A stretch of DNA of 64,000 bases from a virus (lineage: Duplodnaviria; Heunggongvirae; Uroviricota; Caudoviricetes): positions 15,620 to 79,619 of the IMG/VR virus record IMGVR_UViG_3300035099_000022; one strand, written 5' to 3'. Below are positions 55,647 to 64,000 of the stretch, piece after piece; position 1 is the stretch's first letter; every line of letters begins with the position of its first letter. Both the position numbers and the translations under genes were made by a program. The notes beneath the pieces were generated by a model. The model did not search any database, was not told where the DNA came from, and saw only the letters and a program-made list of their open reading frames with translations.

Positions 55647-55684
55647 CCGTACTTATCAAGAAAACAAGACGCAAACAAAGGCGC

Positions 55685-56395
55685 TTACCGCACCACCGGA
55701 TGCAGCTTTTGGTACAACTGTCGGCCGTAGCCGCACAATACACCAACGCCAAAACCCACGAAGCAAAGTACAGGAAGCCACACCCATGGCACCTGACTTT
55801 GCACCGACTCATCAATCACTGGAGTACCGCCGCCGTTGTCAATCGGCTGCGGCTCAGGATCAGGATTCGGCTGAGGACTCGGCTGAGGATTCGGCTCGGG
55901 CCTAGGATTCGGACAAGGACCGGGGCACCGACGCTCCATATCGCGCCGCCAAGGAAGAACCGGACGGATGCCTTCCGCCTTGTCAACACCGTTCGCCAAA
56001 GCCCCATTCAACCCAGCAGCCGTCATGGGGATATTCTTTCCAGCAGCCTCATAGACCACTACACCATTCGGCTTTTGCATCCGCACAGTAGGCAAACCCT
56101 TGACATTGCTGGCATACCGCTCCCTGTAGGCAGCAGTATTGGTTGTAACTTGGCAGAAACGGACTTGATCCCTAAGCTTCTTCAAGCTGGGATTAGTCGA
56201 AAACCAACCCACAATCTCGTTGTAGCGAGCGTCATTCACGTTGCCCACGACGGAAATGAACCACTTGCCCGAGTCATTGGGGAGTTGGATCACACGCTCT
56301 TCGGCAAGCACCCCGTTCACTGCATCAGCAAAACAAGGGGTAGCAATCACCGCAAAAGTGAGCATACACAGTACGCCCGCAATCAACTTATTCAT
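55685..56395 (-). CDS. Secreted/membrane-anchored Pro-rich protein
   Basis: Signal peptide from MNKLIAGVLCMLTFAVIATPCFA. Pro-rich linker PNPRPEPNPQPSPQPNPDPEPQP. C-terminal TM segment. Confidence 0.4.
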   Translation of the reverse strand: MNKLIAGVLCMLTFAVIATPCFADAVNGVLAEERVIQLPNDSGKWFISVVGNVNDARYNEIVGWFSTNPSLKKLRDQVRFCQVTTNTAAYRERYASNVKGLPTVRMQKPNGVVVYEAAGKNIPMTAAGLNGALANGVDKAEGIRPVLPWRRDMERRCPGPCPNPRPEPNPQPSPQPNPDPEPQPIDNGGGTPVIDESVQSQVPWVWLPVLCFVGFGVGVLCGYGRQLYQKLHPVVR

Positions 56396-56431
56396 GTCAT
56401 AACCTCTCTTACACTGGTGAAAAAGCAACTG

Positions 56432-56998
56432 CTATTGAGGAAGCGGAGCCGCTGGAGTGTAAACAGGCGTCACCGCCCATCCATAACTCGCCTTCCACTC
56501 AGCAATCAACGTCTCTCGCGGAACCCAGATGATTTGTTCGACATGGTTGTTGTCCAAGATGCCGGCCCACTTTGCGTCCAAGTGAACCAAGCAAACCATG
56601 TGCGCACCGCCTAAAACTGTAATACCACAACCACGCCGCGTGCGACAAGCCCACTCAAGGAAGCGAACATCCCCGTCGGTCACATAAGCATAACGAATAC
56701 CTTCTTTGTCGAACTTGGCGGCCAAATCCTCGGGATATTCGCCATCGCCATAACTCCGCCGCCAATAATCAGCCGTCCGGTAGCGACCTTGCCAGCGAAA
56801 AAGCGAGATCATCGACGCATGGACACACGAGCCTTCACCCAAATTGCCAATCCAATTCGGTTGTCGGTCAGCTTTCGGAACGTTAATCACCGGCATTTCC
56901 TGCTTGATTACTTTGCCCGTCAACGGCATTTCGCAGCCAACGCAAGCAACAAGCAAGACTAACGCAGCAAAGACTCGTGTCAAACGGGGTTGAAACAT
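56432..56998 (-). CDS. Lipoprotein, possible Cys/His peptidase-like
   Basis: Lipobox LLVACVGC. Conserved Cys (GEGSCVHASM) and later His residues. Confidence 0.35.
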   Translation of the reverse strand: MFQPRLTRVFAALVLLVACVGCEMPLTGKVIKQEMPVINVPKADRQPNWIGNLGEGSCVHASMISLFRWQGRYRTADYWRRSYGDGEYPEDLAAKFDKEGIRYAYVTDGDVRFLEWACRTRRGCGITVLGGAHMVCLVHLDAKWAGILDNNHVEQIIWVPRETLIAEWKASYGWAVTPVYTPAAPLPQ

Positions 56999-57026
56999 GC
57001 CTGTTCTCCGAAGATTTGAACGTGGC

Positions 57027-57629
57027 TTACTTCAATCGCCGAGGTTTCAGTAGAATCTCAGCCCGACGAAGACGACGTACAAGTCGGTTGGGCGACCAAC
57101 GACTCACGTTGTCCGTCGCAAACAACCCCACGGTCGTATACGCGGCTGCCACCCACTCACTGCAGAAAATCGAAGTTAAATCCTGTTCACGAAACAGCGA
57201 TTCAATCCACGATAGCCCCACGCCGGCCGATCGAAACGCCCCCATTGCGTCATAAGGCGTCCCAATGGTTTCCATCAGGAACTCTGTCAGCCGCCCGTCC
57301 TCTTGCGGATAGAGCGAACGGTAAAGTGGATAGTGCCACACTTTACCACAGTAACGCTGAACGATGAAATCAAGTGCATGAGCTTGGGTGCCACAGATGG
57401 ACTTACCGGTAATTTCGCACGGGATATTGTCATCCAGGGTAGTGCTCTCGAAAAGCCGTAAATTGCCATCCGGGCAATTTGCTATCAAACCCACGTGACT
57501 GAGGCTCCAAAACGGAATTCCATAGGTGGCAATGTTGACAGCGGCACTGATCCAATTATGGCCGCTGAATCCCACCACGTCTCCGGCTTTGATCCCGACC
57601 GCGCCTGGCAACATGAATTTCACTGCCAT
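57027..57629 (-). CDS. Papain-like (YiiX/C92 or NlpC/P60-like) cysteine amidase; endolysin candidate
   Basis: CSEWVAAAY matches the catalytic-Cys motif (CSE[FLW]V) of the permuted papain-fold amidase family, from memory. Conserved His (GFSGHNW) precedes it. Confidence 0.4.
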   Translation of the reverse strand: MAVKFMLPGAVGIKAGDVVGFSGHNWISAAVNIATYGIPFWSLSHVGLIANCPDGNLRLFESTTLDDNIPCEITGKSICGTQAHALDFIVQRYCGKVWHYPLYRSLYPQEDGRLTEFLMETIGTPYDAMGAFRSAGVGLSWIESLFREQDLTSIFCSEWVAAAYTTVGLFATDNVSRWSPNRLVRRLRRAEILLKPRRLK

Positions 57630-57833
57630 CTATTGACCGATGTAAGCGTTCTTCATCCGAGCTGCAAGCCGTCTGAATCATCGTGTTGACATTAAGACGG
57701 CAACTATTACCGTTGCGTGTGATATGATACCTTGCCTGTTGATCAGCGTAACAATCTTCACACAAGTCGCCACTGCCGTAGCGAACTAACTTGCCACAGG
57801 CACACCAGACAAGATTCAGTCTGTTGTCACCCA

Positions 57834-58382
57834 CTAACCAGAGTCAGCATTGTTGAGGTTTTGAAACGCGGCGGCCATGTCAGTGATGATAGCATCCACA
57901 AGCTGCTCATAGTTGGGCACGCCTTCAAGATGGCGTACAACAATCTGGCAAAGCTGTCGACCAAGATCGATCAACGCAGGCTTGCCCACCAGTTGTCCAA
58001 GGCTTTGTTCCAGTGTATGACAAGTTTTCATCAGCCGTTCCAAAGTCAATAAAAAGGTGTTAACCTTGGAGTAGGCATTGATCTTGTCCACATCCGATTG
58101 AGCGGCTGACAAAGTGTTCTGCATCATCATGCGGACAAGAGCAATTTCCTCACGAAGTGACTTCAACTCGTCATCGTCCGCATACCTTGCCAAGAGGCCC
58201 TGATCCTCCGCCGACGCCAACAGGTATTTTCGCAGACGGCGGGCCGGACCACGATCCACCCCGTTGTGCGCAAGGCAGTATTCCGAACCGTCTGCAGCGA
58301 CGTTAAGGCACTGTCCCAAGGCTGACGACCCCTTACAACGGTGGGGGTCAGCCAAATCGGTAACTCGTTGCATGGCGCACAT
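57834..58382 (-). CDS. Hypothetical protein
   Basis: 182 aa. Preceded by the conserved upstream motif and a good SD (AAGGAGAG). Confidence 0.35.
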   Translation of the reverse strand: MCAMQRVTDLADPHRCKGSSALGQCLNVAADGSEYCLAHNGVDRGPARRLRKYLLASAEDQGLLARYADDDELKSLREEIALVRMMMQNTLSAAQSDVDKINAYSKVNTFLLTLERLMKTCHTLEQSLGQLVGKPALIDLGRQLCQIVVRHLEGVPNYEQLVDAIITDMAAAFQNLNNADSG

Positions 58383-58430
58383 CTCTCCTTACCATATAAG
58401 AGACGGTAAAAATCGAGTTTTTTTCAGAGC
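58383..58430 (-). promoter_or_regulatory. Third copy of motif TTTTT(G/A)CCGTCTCTTATA(G/T)G, upstream of 57834..58382
   Basis: The minus strand reads ...GATTTTTACCGTCTCTTATATGGTAAGGAGAGATG. Same core as both arms of the 25.1 kb inverted repeat. Confidence 0.5.
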
Positions 58431-58620
58431 TTCCCTCAAATTCTCATCAAATTTTTTGGCGACTCCAAAAACGCCGCGAAAAAACGAACTGGTAGTAAGA
58501 GAACCGCATGAAAATTTCATCGACGCGGCCAACACCGAAGCGTGTAAACGCACTAACCACAGTTGACAATCCATGTCTAAAACCTTTGTATCAGTCAACA
58601 AATAACAACCCGAGACCCTG

Positions 58621-59136
58621 ATGCACTACCACAAGAAACCCACCCACTCCGCGCCCACGGGACCGAAGCCGAAGCTGAAAATGGTCCAACTTCCCATCTT
58701 CCGAGTCCACTACCGCAAACTAGAAGACTATTTTTGCCGCGTCTTCCGATGGGACAGGTTTGATTTCCTCATGGCATCAGGTGCAACCCCCGGCCTTGTA
58801 CCGGAATACAACGTCGGTCCTGACCTGCCGCTAACCAGTGATGCACGCCAACAGGCCGACGCCCTCCGCAACGGCCGGCGAACCCGTAACATCCCATTGA
58901 TCCTCACCGTACTCTGCCGAGACGGTTACATCCCAGCCGGCAAATACCTTGTGGATACTCACCCTTTGACACCGCCCATCGAAAGATACAAGGCCCTATT
59001 GCGACAGACTGGGACGCCGGAGTCAAAAGAATGCCGCGACTTCCGCGCGGCACACCGGCACGACAAAAGATTCACTCGGAAAGCAGCTCAAATCGACACC
59101 CAAGTCTTGCAAATACTCAAAGACATGGAGCAATGA
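58621..59136 (+). CDS. Hypothetical protein
   Basis: 171-aa ORF. Confidence 0.35.
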   Translation: MHYHKKPTHSAPTGPKPKLKMVQLPIFRVHYRKLEDYFCRVFRWDRFDFLMASGATPGLVPEYNVGPDLPLTSDARQQADALRNGRRTRNIPLILTVLCRDGYIPAGKYLVDTHPLTPPIERYKALLRQTGTPESKECRDFRAAHRHDKRFTRKAAQIDTQVLQILKDMEQ

Positions 59137-59381
59137 GCAATGAGAACGCCCACCCGCAGCTTCACTCTGCACCTACTCAAAAATTGCCCCGAGGCCCAAG
59201 ACGCCCTGGAGCAGTGGTGCAAAGGCAACCACACGTTCGAGGAAGCGATGATGGAAGTCGTGCTACAACTCTTGTTAAGCAAAGAAGAGTTGCAACGAAA
59301 ATACGACCACATCCCGCCGGAGATTCGCGTTAATCATCAGCCGCCAAGTCACTAGTGCCAAAGTCACTAGTGCCAAAGTTA

Positions 59382-60812
59382 CTACGCGACAATCTCCACG
59401 ATGCACTGAATAAGGAAGTTCTGAAAATCCCGGCTCATATCCGTGGCCCCAGTAATGTAATGGGTCACTTCCTCGAAGGCCGTTTGTAGCAGATATTTGT
59501 TCACGGCCGTGGCAATATCCTCTTTGAAGTAAACCATATCACCACGGCAGAAACCCATCGTCTCATTACCGGCCTGCATGATCTCTTTGAAGCACGCCAC
59601 CAAGGGCTTCTTCTTGCCTTGCGTCATGTTGATCTGCTGCAACCAGGACCAAACCGTGTCAACTGCCTTGATAGCAGCGTCCGTCGCCGGCATAATCTGC
59701 TTGCCGTTGCTCTCATGGTCATCCAAGATCGAGGCCGCCGTCTTGACACCGCAACGGGCGGCCGCTGAAATCCAAGCCGTTGCCCTCGTCGGCTTCGGCC
59801 GAAAGCCCTTCTTCTCGACGAATTCGGACGTATGACTCAGGCTGGCGTCACACAGGACCGCGTTCGGGCCAGCCGCCAACTCCCACGCTTGCTGCCACGC
59901 TTCTTTCTGAGCCGGCTCGGGGTCTGAGTAAGACGGGGCCATGTAGTAGGAATCGAAGGTCGCCTCATAGCTCTGCTCCTGAGCGACAAGGCTCTTGAAC
60001 ACCGGGACAAGCTGTTGGGCCGTGGCCTTGCGGAACAGCCGGGCCGCCGCCCCCTTGATGTCGTATTCACTCGAATTGCGCGATTCGTCGAGCCGTAATT
60101 CGGCGTCGTGGAAGTTGTAATCGTAGATCGACGCCTCTTCACCTTCAACGATCTCACGAACAAAGACACCCTCCTTGTAAATCATAGCCGTGCGCCGGCC
60201 GCTAAGATTCCGGTCGGCCTTGGGAAGAAGTGATTCCTTGACTAACTGCGGCTGGCTGGAAAAATGCAAAAAACGACGCGGTAACTCCCCGTAAAATCGC
60301 TGCACATCAGGATTGACCTCAACATACACACGAGTGAAGCCATCCCGTGCCCGAACAGTGTTGTCTTCGACAACCGCCACTCGCAAGTCTCCATTCAAAA
60401 GTGAGGGCAGAAAATCATCGTACTCCCGTACCGTCCGATCAATAGCATTGGCCACAAACTCCCGCAGAGCCATCGACAAATCGGTCCAGTCGATTGCGCC
60501 GAAGTCCAGGCACCAGCCCATATCAAGCGTCTTGCTGCTCGTGCCGCCCAGCTTGCAGACCACGCGCTTGATCGGTTTGATCACGAGGCCGTCGTTCACG
60601 GAATCCTCGCGTGTGGTGAACTCTAGGCGGGTCTTGCCGCAGTAGATCAAGAGTTTGAGTCCCGCACGGAGCAGGGTGTTGATAGCGTGCTTGGCACCAC
60701 TGCCAAACTGACCAATGGTACCGGCCATACCACAATTGCGGGTCGTGCTCACACCCAAAAGTGTGTAGCCTTCCACAGGAGCCACGCCAGGATTCTGGAT
60801 CAAAAGAAACAT
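59382..60812 (-). CDS. Hypothetical large protein
   Basis: 476 aa. It has a GQFGSGAK segment and an ELVANAID-like segment, but not in GHKL order, so no confident family. Confidence 0.4.
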   Translation of the reverse strand: MFLLIQNPGVAPVEGYTLLGVSTTRNCGMAGTIGQFGSGAKHAINTLLRAGLKLLIYCGKTRLEFTTREDSVNDGLVIKPIKRVVCKLGGTSSKTLDMGWCLDFGAIDWTDLSMALREFVANAIDRTVREYDDFLPSLLNGDLRVAVVEDNTVRARDGFTRVYVEVNPDVQRFYGELPRRFLHFSSQPQLVKESLLPKADRNLSGRRTAMIYKEGVFVREIVEGEEASIYDYNFHDAELRLDESRNSSEYDIKGAAARLFRKATAQQLVPVFKSLVAQEQSYEATFDSYYMAPSYSDPEPAQKEAWQQAWELAAGPNAVLCDASLSHTSEFVEKKGFRPKPTRATAWISAAARCGVKTAASILDDHESNGKQIMPATDAAIKAVDTVWSWLQQINMTQGKKKPLVACFKEIMQAGNETMGFCRGDMVYFKEDIATAVNKYLLQTAFEEVTHYITGATDMSRDFQNFLIQCIVEIVA

Positions 60813-60919
60813 GGTTGCCTCGCAGGTTGCAGGTCAGAGTTGTTTACTCTACTTATATTCTACATCAAAATTGACAGAAGTCAAGCCGGCACAAAGAAAA
60901 TCTGCAACCGACACCACTC

Positions 60920-61708
60920 TCAACAACAACAGTGCGGTTGTGGATCACAAGACATTCCCTTCGACTTGTCACCCAAGTAGCGAGTAATCAACTGATGCAA
61001 GATGCCAACCGTGAACGGTCGCCCGCCACGATTCGGCGTCTTACGAGTCGTGAAACCTGAGTCATTGAGCCATCTGACGATTTGTCGCAACGTTTCACCC
61101 GCCTCGCGACGGCGTTTAATCTCAGGCAAGAGATACTCGTAATACTTCCGCGAGGCTTCTGCCCGCGCAACCCATGCAGCCGGCAAACCCTTCGCTGCAC
61201 CACGCAAGATTGCCGTTCTTCGCTTCGGTGAGTCCCAGAATCCAGGACGATTCGAGCCAAGCAGCGTGCCACGTGCCTTGGCACTTTGCAAAGCCGCCTT
61301 CGTCCGAGCGGCAATCTGCTCAGCCTCATGTTGTGCCATGAGAGCTAAAAAACCAACAGTCAGTTTCGTTGCGTACTCGTTGTCACAACATACAAATTCG
61401 AGGCCAGAGTCCTGCAAAGCCATCGTAAAAGCCGCGTTGCGAGCAAGCCGATCCAACTTTGCCACAACCAGAACCGCATTTGATAATCGAGCGTGCTGAA
61501 TCGCCGCATGCAACTTCTTACGATCACACTTTGTCCCCGATTCAATTTCCACGTACTCAGCCAACAAGACGCCACCGTTTCGTTCAACAAGAGCAGCCAC
61601 GTCACGTTGCTGGGCTTCCAGACCCAGACCGCTCTCGCCTTGTCGACGTGTTGACACACGAAAATAGGCCACATACTTCTTCGCGGTTTCAAGAGTGGCA
61701 ACACTCAT
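60920..61708 (-). CDS. Small serine recombinase (resolvase/invertase family)
   Basis: Catalytic motif YFRVSTRRQ. AKLDRLARN motif. C-terminal HTH. Confidence 0.85.
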   Translation of the reverse strand: MSVATLETAKKYVAYFRVSTRRQGESGLGLEAQQRDVAALVERNGGVLLAEYVEIESGTKCDRKKLHAAIQHARLSNAVLVVAKLDRLARNAAFTMALQDSGLEFVCCDNEYATKLTVGFLALMAQHEAEQIAARTKAALQSAKARGTLLGSNRPGFWDSPKRRTAILRGAAKGLPAAWVARAEASRKYYEYLLPEIKRRREAGETLRQIVRWLNDSGFTTRKTPNRGGRPFTVGILHQLITRYLGDKSKGMSCDPQPHCCC

Positions 61709-61754
61709 AGTTGTTTTCCAGCTTATTCAACTGCGCCAAATTGCGTGCGTCAAA

Positions 61755-62504
61755 TCAGACGCCAACCAGTTTCAACGTCTCCATCTTTTCCGTCTCTTCC
61801 ATCTTTTCCGTCTCTTCCGTCTTTTCCATCTTTTCCGTCTCTTCCATCTTTTCCGTCTCTTCCGTCTTTTCCGTCTCTTCCGTCTCTTCCGTCTTTTCCG
61901 TCTCTTCCGTCTCTCCAGGTCGTTCCGGGGCCTCGCCCTCCAAACACATCTTGCCACCACAAGCACAGATCGGGGGTCCAACCTCGTCAAGCCATTTCTG
62001 CGTCATACGACAAAGACAACCGCATTCAACGCACGTAACTTTGAGCATCCGTGTACCTTGCTTCGGCGGAGCATTGGAATGCTTCAGTTCGGCGTGCGGA
62101 TACTCACCGATTTCAACAACCAATTCCTCCAACCGCTTCCGCAGCTCCGCGCCAGCAGTCGTAGCCATCATTTTCCCTTCCAGACCCACCGCTTTGGCAC
62201 ATTTGACAAAAGGCCCTTGATGCTTGGCCTCGATTCCCACTGCACAATGAACCAACTCATGAATCAGCGCAGTGGCAACCGTCACTGGGTCTTTCAAGAC
62301 TGGACTAATAAATACCTCGAAGCTGTGGTCACCACTATTCTCAGCCGACCACGCCTCACCAATACGCCTTTTTTTCACAGCCAAACCACCCTTCGAGGGC
62401 CACGAGCACGAGACTCTAATCCTCTCAGGCAACTCGAACCCAGCCTCAATGAAATTGGGCCGCAATTTGTTCACGCACTCAGTCAACCAGTCTTCACGGT
62501 TCAC
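61755..62504 (-). CDS. SprT-like zinc metalloprotease with Cys-rich zinc ribbon and C-terminal (ETEKTEE)n repeat
   Basis: HExxH in ALIHELVHCAV. CVECGCLC...CACGG zinc ribbon. The C-terminal TEETEKTEETEETEK array is encoded by a degenerate 9-bp repeat. Confidence 0.6.
   Translation of the reverse strand: MNREDWLTECVNKLRPNFIEAGFELPERIRVSCSWPSKGGLAVKKRRIGEAWSAENSGDHSFEVFISPVLKDPVTVATALIHELVHCAVGIEAKHQGPFVKCAKAVGLEGKMMATTAGAELRKRLEELVVEIGEYPHAELKHSNAPPKQGTRMLKVTCVECGCLCRMTQKWLDEVGPPICACGGKMCLEGEAPERPGETEETEKTEETEETEKTEETEKMEETEKMEKTEETEKMEETEKMETLKLVGV
61771..61915. repeat. Degenerate 9-bp tandem array (TCTTTTCCG / TCTCTTCCG) x about 16
   Basis: Read directly. Encodes the ETEKTEE repeats. Confidence 0.85.
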
Positions 62505-62581
62505 GGTCAGGTCTCCAAAGGTGTCGTTTACACGTTCAATACAAACCTACACACAAACCTACACACAAGCTACACACAAGC

Positions 62582-63163
62582 CTATTCCTCGTCGGCCACA
62601 TCGTCCTCGTCATAATCCTCATAGTCTCCATCATAGTCTCCGTCATAGTCCTCGCCATCCTCGCCATCCTTGCCATCCTTGCCATCCTCATAACCCTCGT
62701 AGTCCTCATCATACTCCACGGTCGCCCCAGCCGCACGATACTTTCTGACCAAGTAGCGTTCAACCCAGCGACAAAGGTCAAAAAATTCCGGCGTCCCTTC
62801 CTCGGTCGGGTCCGTACACAGCGGTTCGCATTCCCGACAGATTAACAAAGCGATCTCTTGCAATTGCTCACGGGTGACGTGCCGCGGAATAATCGACACG
62901 TTTACGTCTGTATCTATCTGCACGATGCAATCTGGGTAGCGAATCAGGAATCGGTGTGTACTCGACTGTTGTTTGATGTCAATATACTCCGGCGGTGAAT
63001 AAGTCTTGGCGACCAAACCCGGCCGAAAGCTGCACAACAGCCCGCAGGTAAAGAGTTCATTGAGTTGCAAACCGACGAACTCCTCCACTGTGGAGGCGGC
63101 ATCTATGTGCCACACGCCAGTCGCAGCACCTTCAACAATCTTGGGATCAACGTCGCCAGACAT
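62582..63163 (-). CDS. Protein with highly acidic Tyr/Asp/Glu-rich C-terminus
   Basis: C-terminal YDEDYEGYEDGKDGKDGEDGEDYDGDYDGDYEDYDEDDVADEE. Confidence 0.4.
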   Translation of the reverse strand: MSGDVDPKIVEGAATGVWHIDAASTVEEFVGLQLNELFTCGLLCSFRPGLVAKTYSPPEYIDIKQQSSTHRFLIRYPDCIVQIDTDVNVSIIPRHVTREQLQEIALLICRECEPLCTDPTEEGTPEFFDLCRWVERYLVRKYRAAGATVEYDEDYEGYEDGKDGKDGEDGEDYDGDYDGDYEDYDEDDVADEE

Positions 63164-63521
63164 TCCACTTCCTCAGAATAGTTTCACGGGCGTAGCGAAC
63201 ACTCCGCGGAACAAGCGGGGGAACCCACCACGGAACAAGCGGTGTCACGCCCAATCGCACCGCATCGTGTTTGGAAAGAGCAAAATAGACCGCTCTCACG
63301 CCCGCATTTGACGCCAATAACAGTTCTTCTGGATTTGGCTCAAACAGCGTATAGAGTTTTGCACCACGCACGTCCTGATTCAATGCAGCACGCAGGTCTG
63401 GACCTTGAGCGATGATCTTGTCCCGCACCACAACGAAGTAGTTCGTCTGGCCGGCAGCTTGTTTCGCGGCATAACAAAGGTAGTTGACAGCGTTCATTGA
63501 GGTGTTCATTAAGGTGTTCAT
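63147..63521 (-). CDS. Hypothetical protein
   Basis: 124-aa ORF. Confidence 0.3.
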   Translation of the reverse strand: MNTLMNTSMNAVNYLCYAAKQAAGQTNYFVVVRDKIIAQGPDLRAALNQDVRGAKLYTLFEPNPEELLLASNAGVRAVYFALSKHDAVRLGVTPLVPWWVPPLVPRSVRYARETILRKWNVWRR

Positions 63522-63548
63522 TGGCGTGATGTAAACAACGTTTCCATA

Positions 63549-63908
63549 CTACCAATTCGTTTTTTCAAGGTCATTTTGGAGTCCAAAGCCAAGAAATTTA
63601 GCCCTTGCCGGCTGTTTTCGAGTGATTTTGACCCGTTGCAGCGCGGTTTGCGGGCATCCCTGGTAGTCATTGTGAGCCGTGACTGTGCCTTGCAGACTTA
63701 CCACGTCGCCCTCCTCCACGTCCGGCTCTTTGGATGCCCACCACACAAGCCTGTTACCATTGGCGTCCTCAAATAACACCATCGCCTTCACTCCAAACCT
63801 GCCCTCATAATACCGCAGTCGAACGACAGTAACATTCTCAAACTCACACCGCTTCCCAATCTCGCCAACATGGCGGCGTTTCAAATTCTGGCGGCGTCTG
63901 GTGTTCAA
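63549..63908 (-). CDS. Hypothetical protein
   Basis: 119-aa ORF. Confidence 0.3.
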   Translation of the reverse strand: MNTRRRQNLKRRHVGEIGKRCEFENVTVVRLRYYEGRFGVKAMVLFEDANGNRLVWWASKEPDVEEGDVVSLQGTVTAHNDYQGCPQTALQRVKITRKQPARAKFLGFGLQNDLEKTNW

Positions 63909-64000
63909 CTCCGCTTCACGATCGAGATGTCGTTGGTAAGCCGCAATCGCACTGGCAACAATACCAGCAGTCTTGTAGGTGACAAACGTTTGCCGGCAAG

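Noticed and set aside
59382-60812. GHKL-family ATPase assignment
   Set aside because: The G2-like (GQFGSGAK) and N-box-like (ELVANAID) segments are in the wrong order, and no G1 box is evident. This is probably a chance resemblance.
1-64000. Tyrosine integrase and attL/attR pair defining a classical integrated prophage
   Set aside because: No tyrosine-recombinase motifs were seen in any ORF. The only recombinase is a small serine resolvase-type enzyme. Integration status cannot be decided from this window.

Overview
Gene-dense 64 kb window, about 53-55% GC, that reads as a complete or nearly complete tailed-phage or prophage genome. Almost all genes are on the minus strand. Window coordinates for non-CDS features may be off by 1-2 nt because of a small inconsistency between the sequence line labels and the ORF track.

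Positions 1-25105 (minus strand) carry an early/DNA-metabolism module. It includes a class II ribonucleotide reductase (truncated by the window edge), a PD-(D/E)XK-like nuclease, an ATP-dependent DNA ligase, a 5'(3')-deoxyribonucleotidase, a sigma-70-family sigma factor, a family A DNA polymerase with 3'-5' exonuclease, two ParB-like proteins, two metallophosphoesterases and a SNF2 helicase. It also carries five DNA methyltransferases (four DPPY/SPPY amino-MTases and one Dcm-type C5-MTase), a secreted trypsin-like protease and an acidic DNA-mimic-like protein.

A divergent control region at about 25.1-25.3 kb holds a perfect 21-bp inverted repeat. From it a short plus-strand operon runs from 25301 to 31707. 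It encodes a prim-pol/D5-like primase-helicase, a DnaQ-like exonuclease, and a cluster of four cysteine-rich proteins that includes three tandem paralogs of an apparently novel Zn-binding family.

Positions 31.7-57.6 kb (minus strand) form the morphogenesis module. TerL (GpA-like), portal, scaffold, major capsid protein, tail genes, a 1256-aa tape measure protein and a 1117-aa tail fiber with a 186-bp tandem duplication are all present. A probable lysis cassette follows the head genes (a thioredoxin-like lipoprotein, membrane proteins and a C92/NlpC-like amidase). The right end has a small serine recombinase, a SprT-like metalloprotease and further acidic and repeat proteins.

Other notable features are a tRNA-like element at about 23.2 kb, an iteron-like repeat array at about 12.7 kb, two recurring upstream sequence motifs, and an unusual abundance of short in-frame tandem repeats. 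No tyrosine integrase, CRISPR array or reverse transcriptase was seen.
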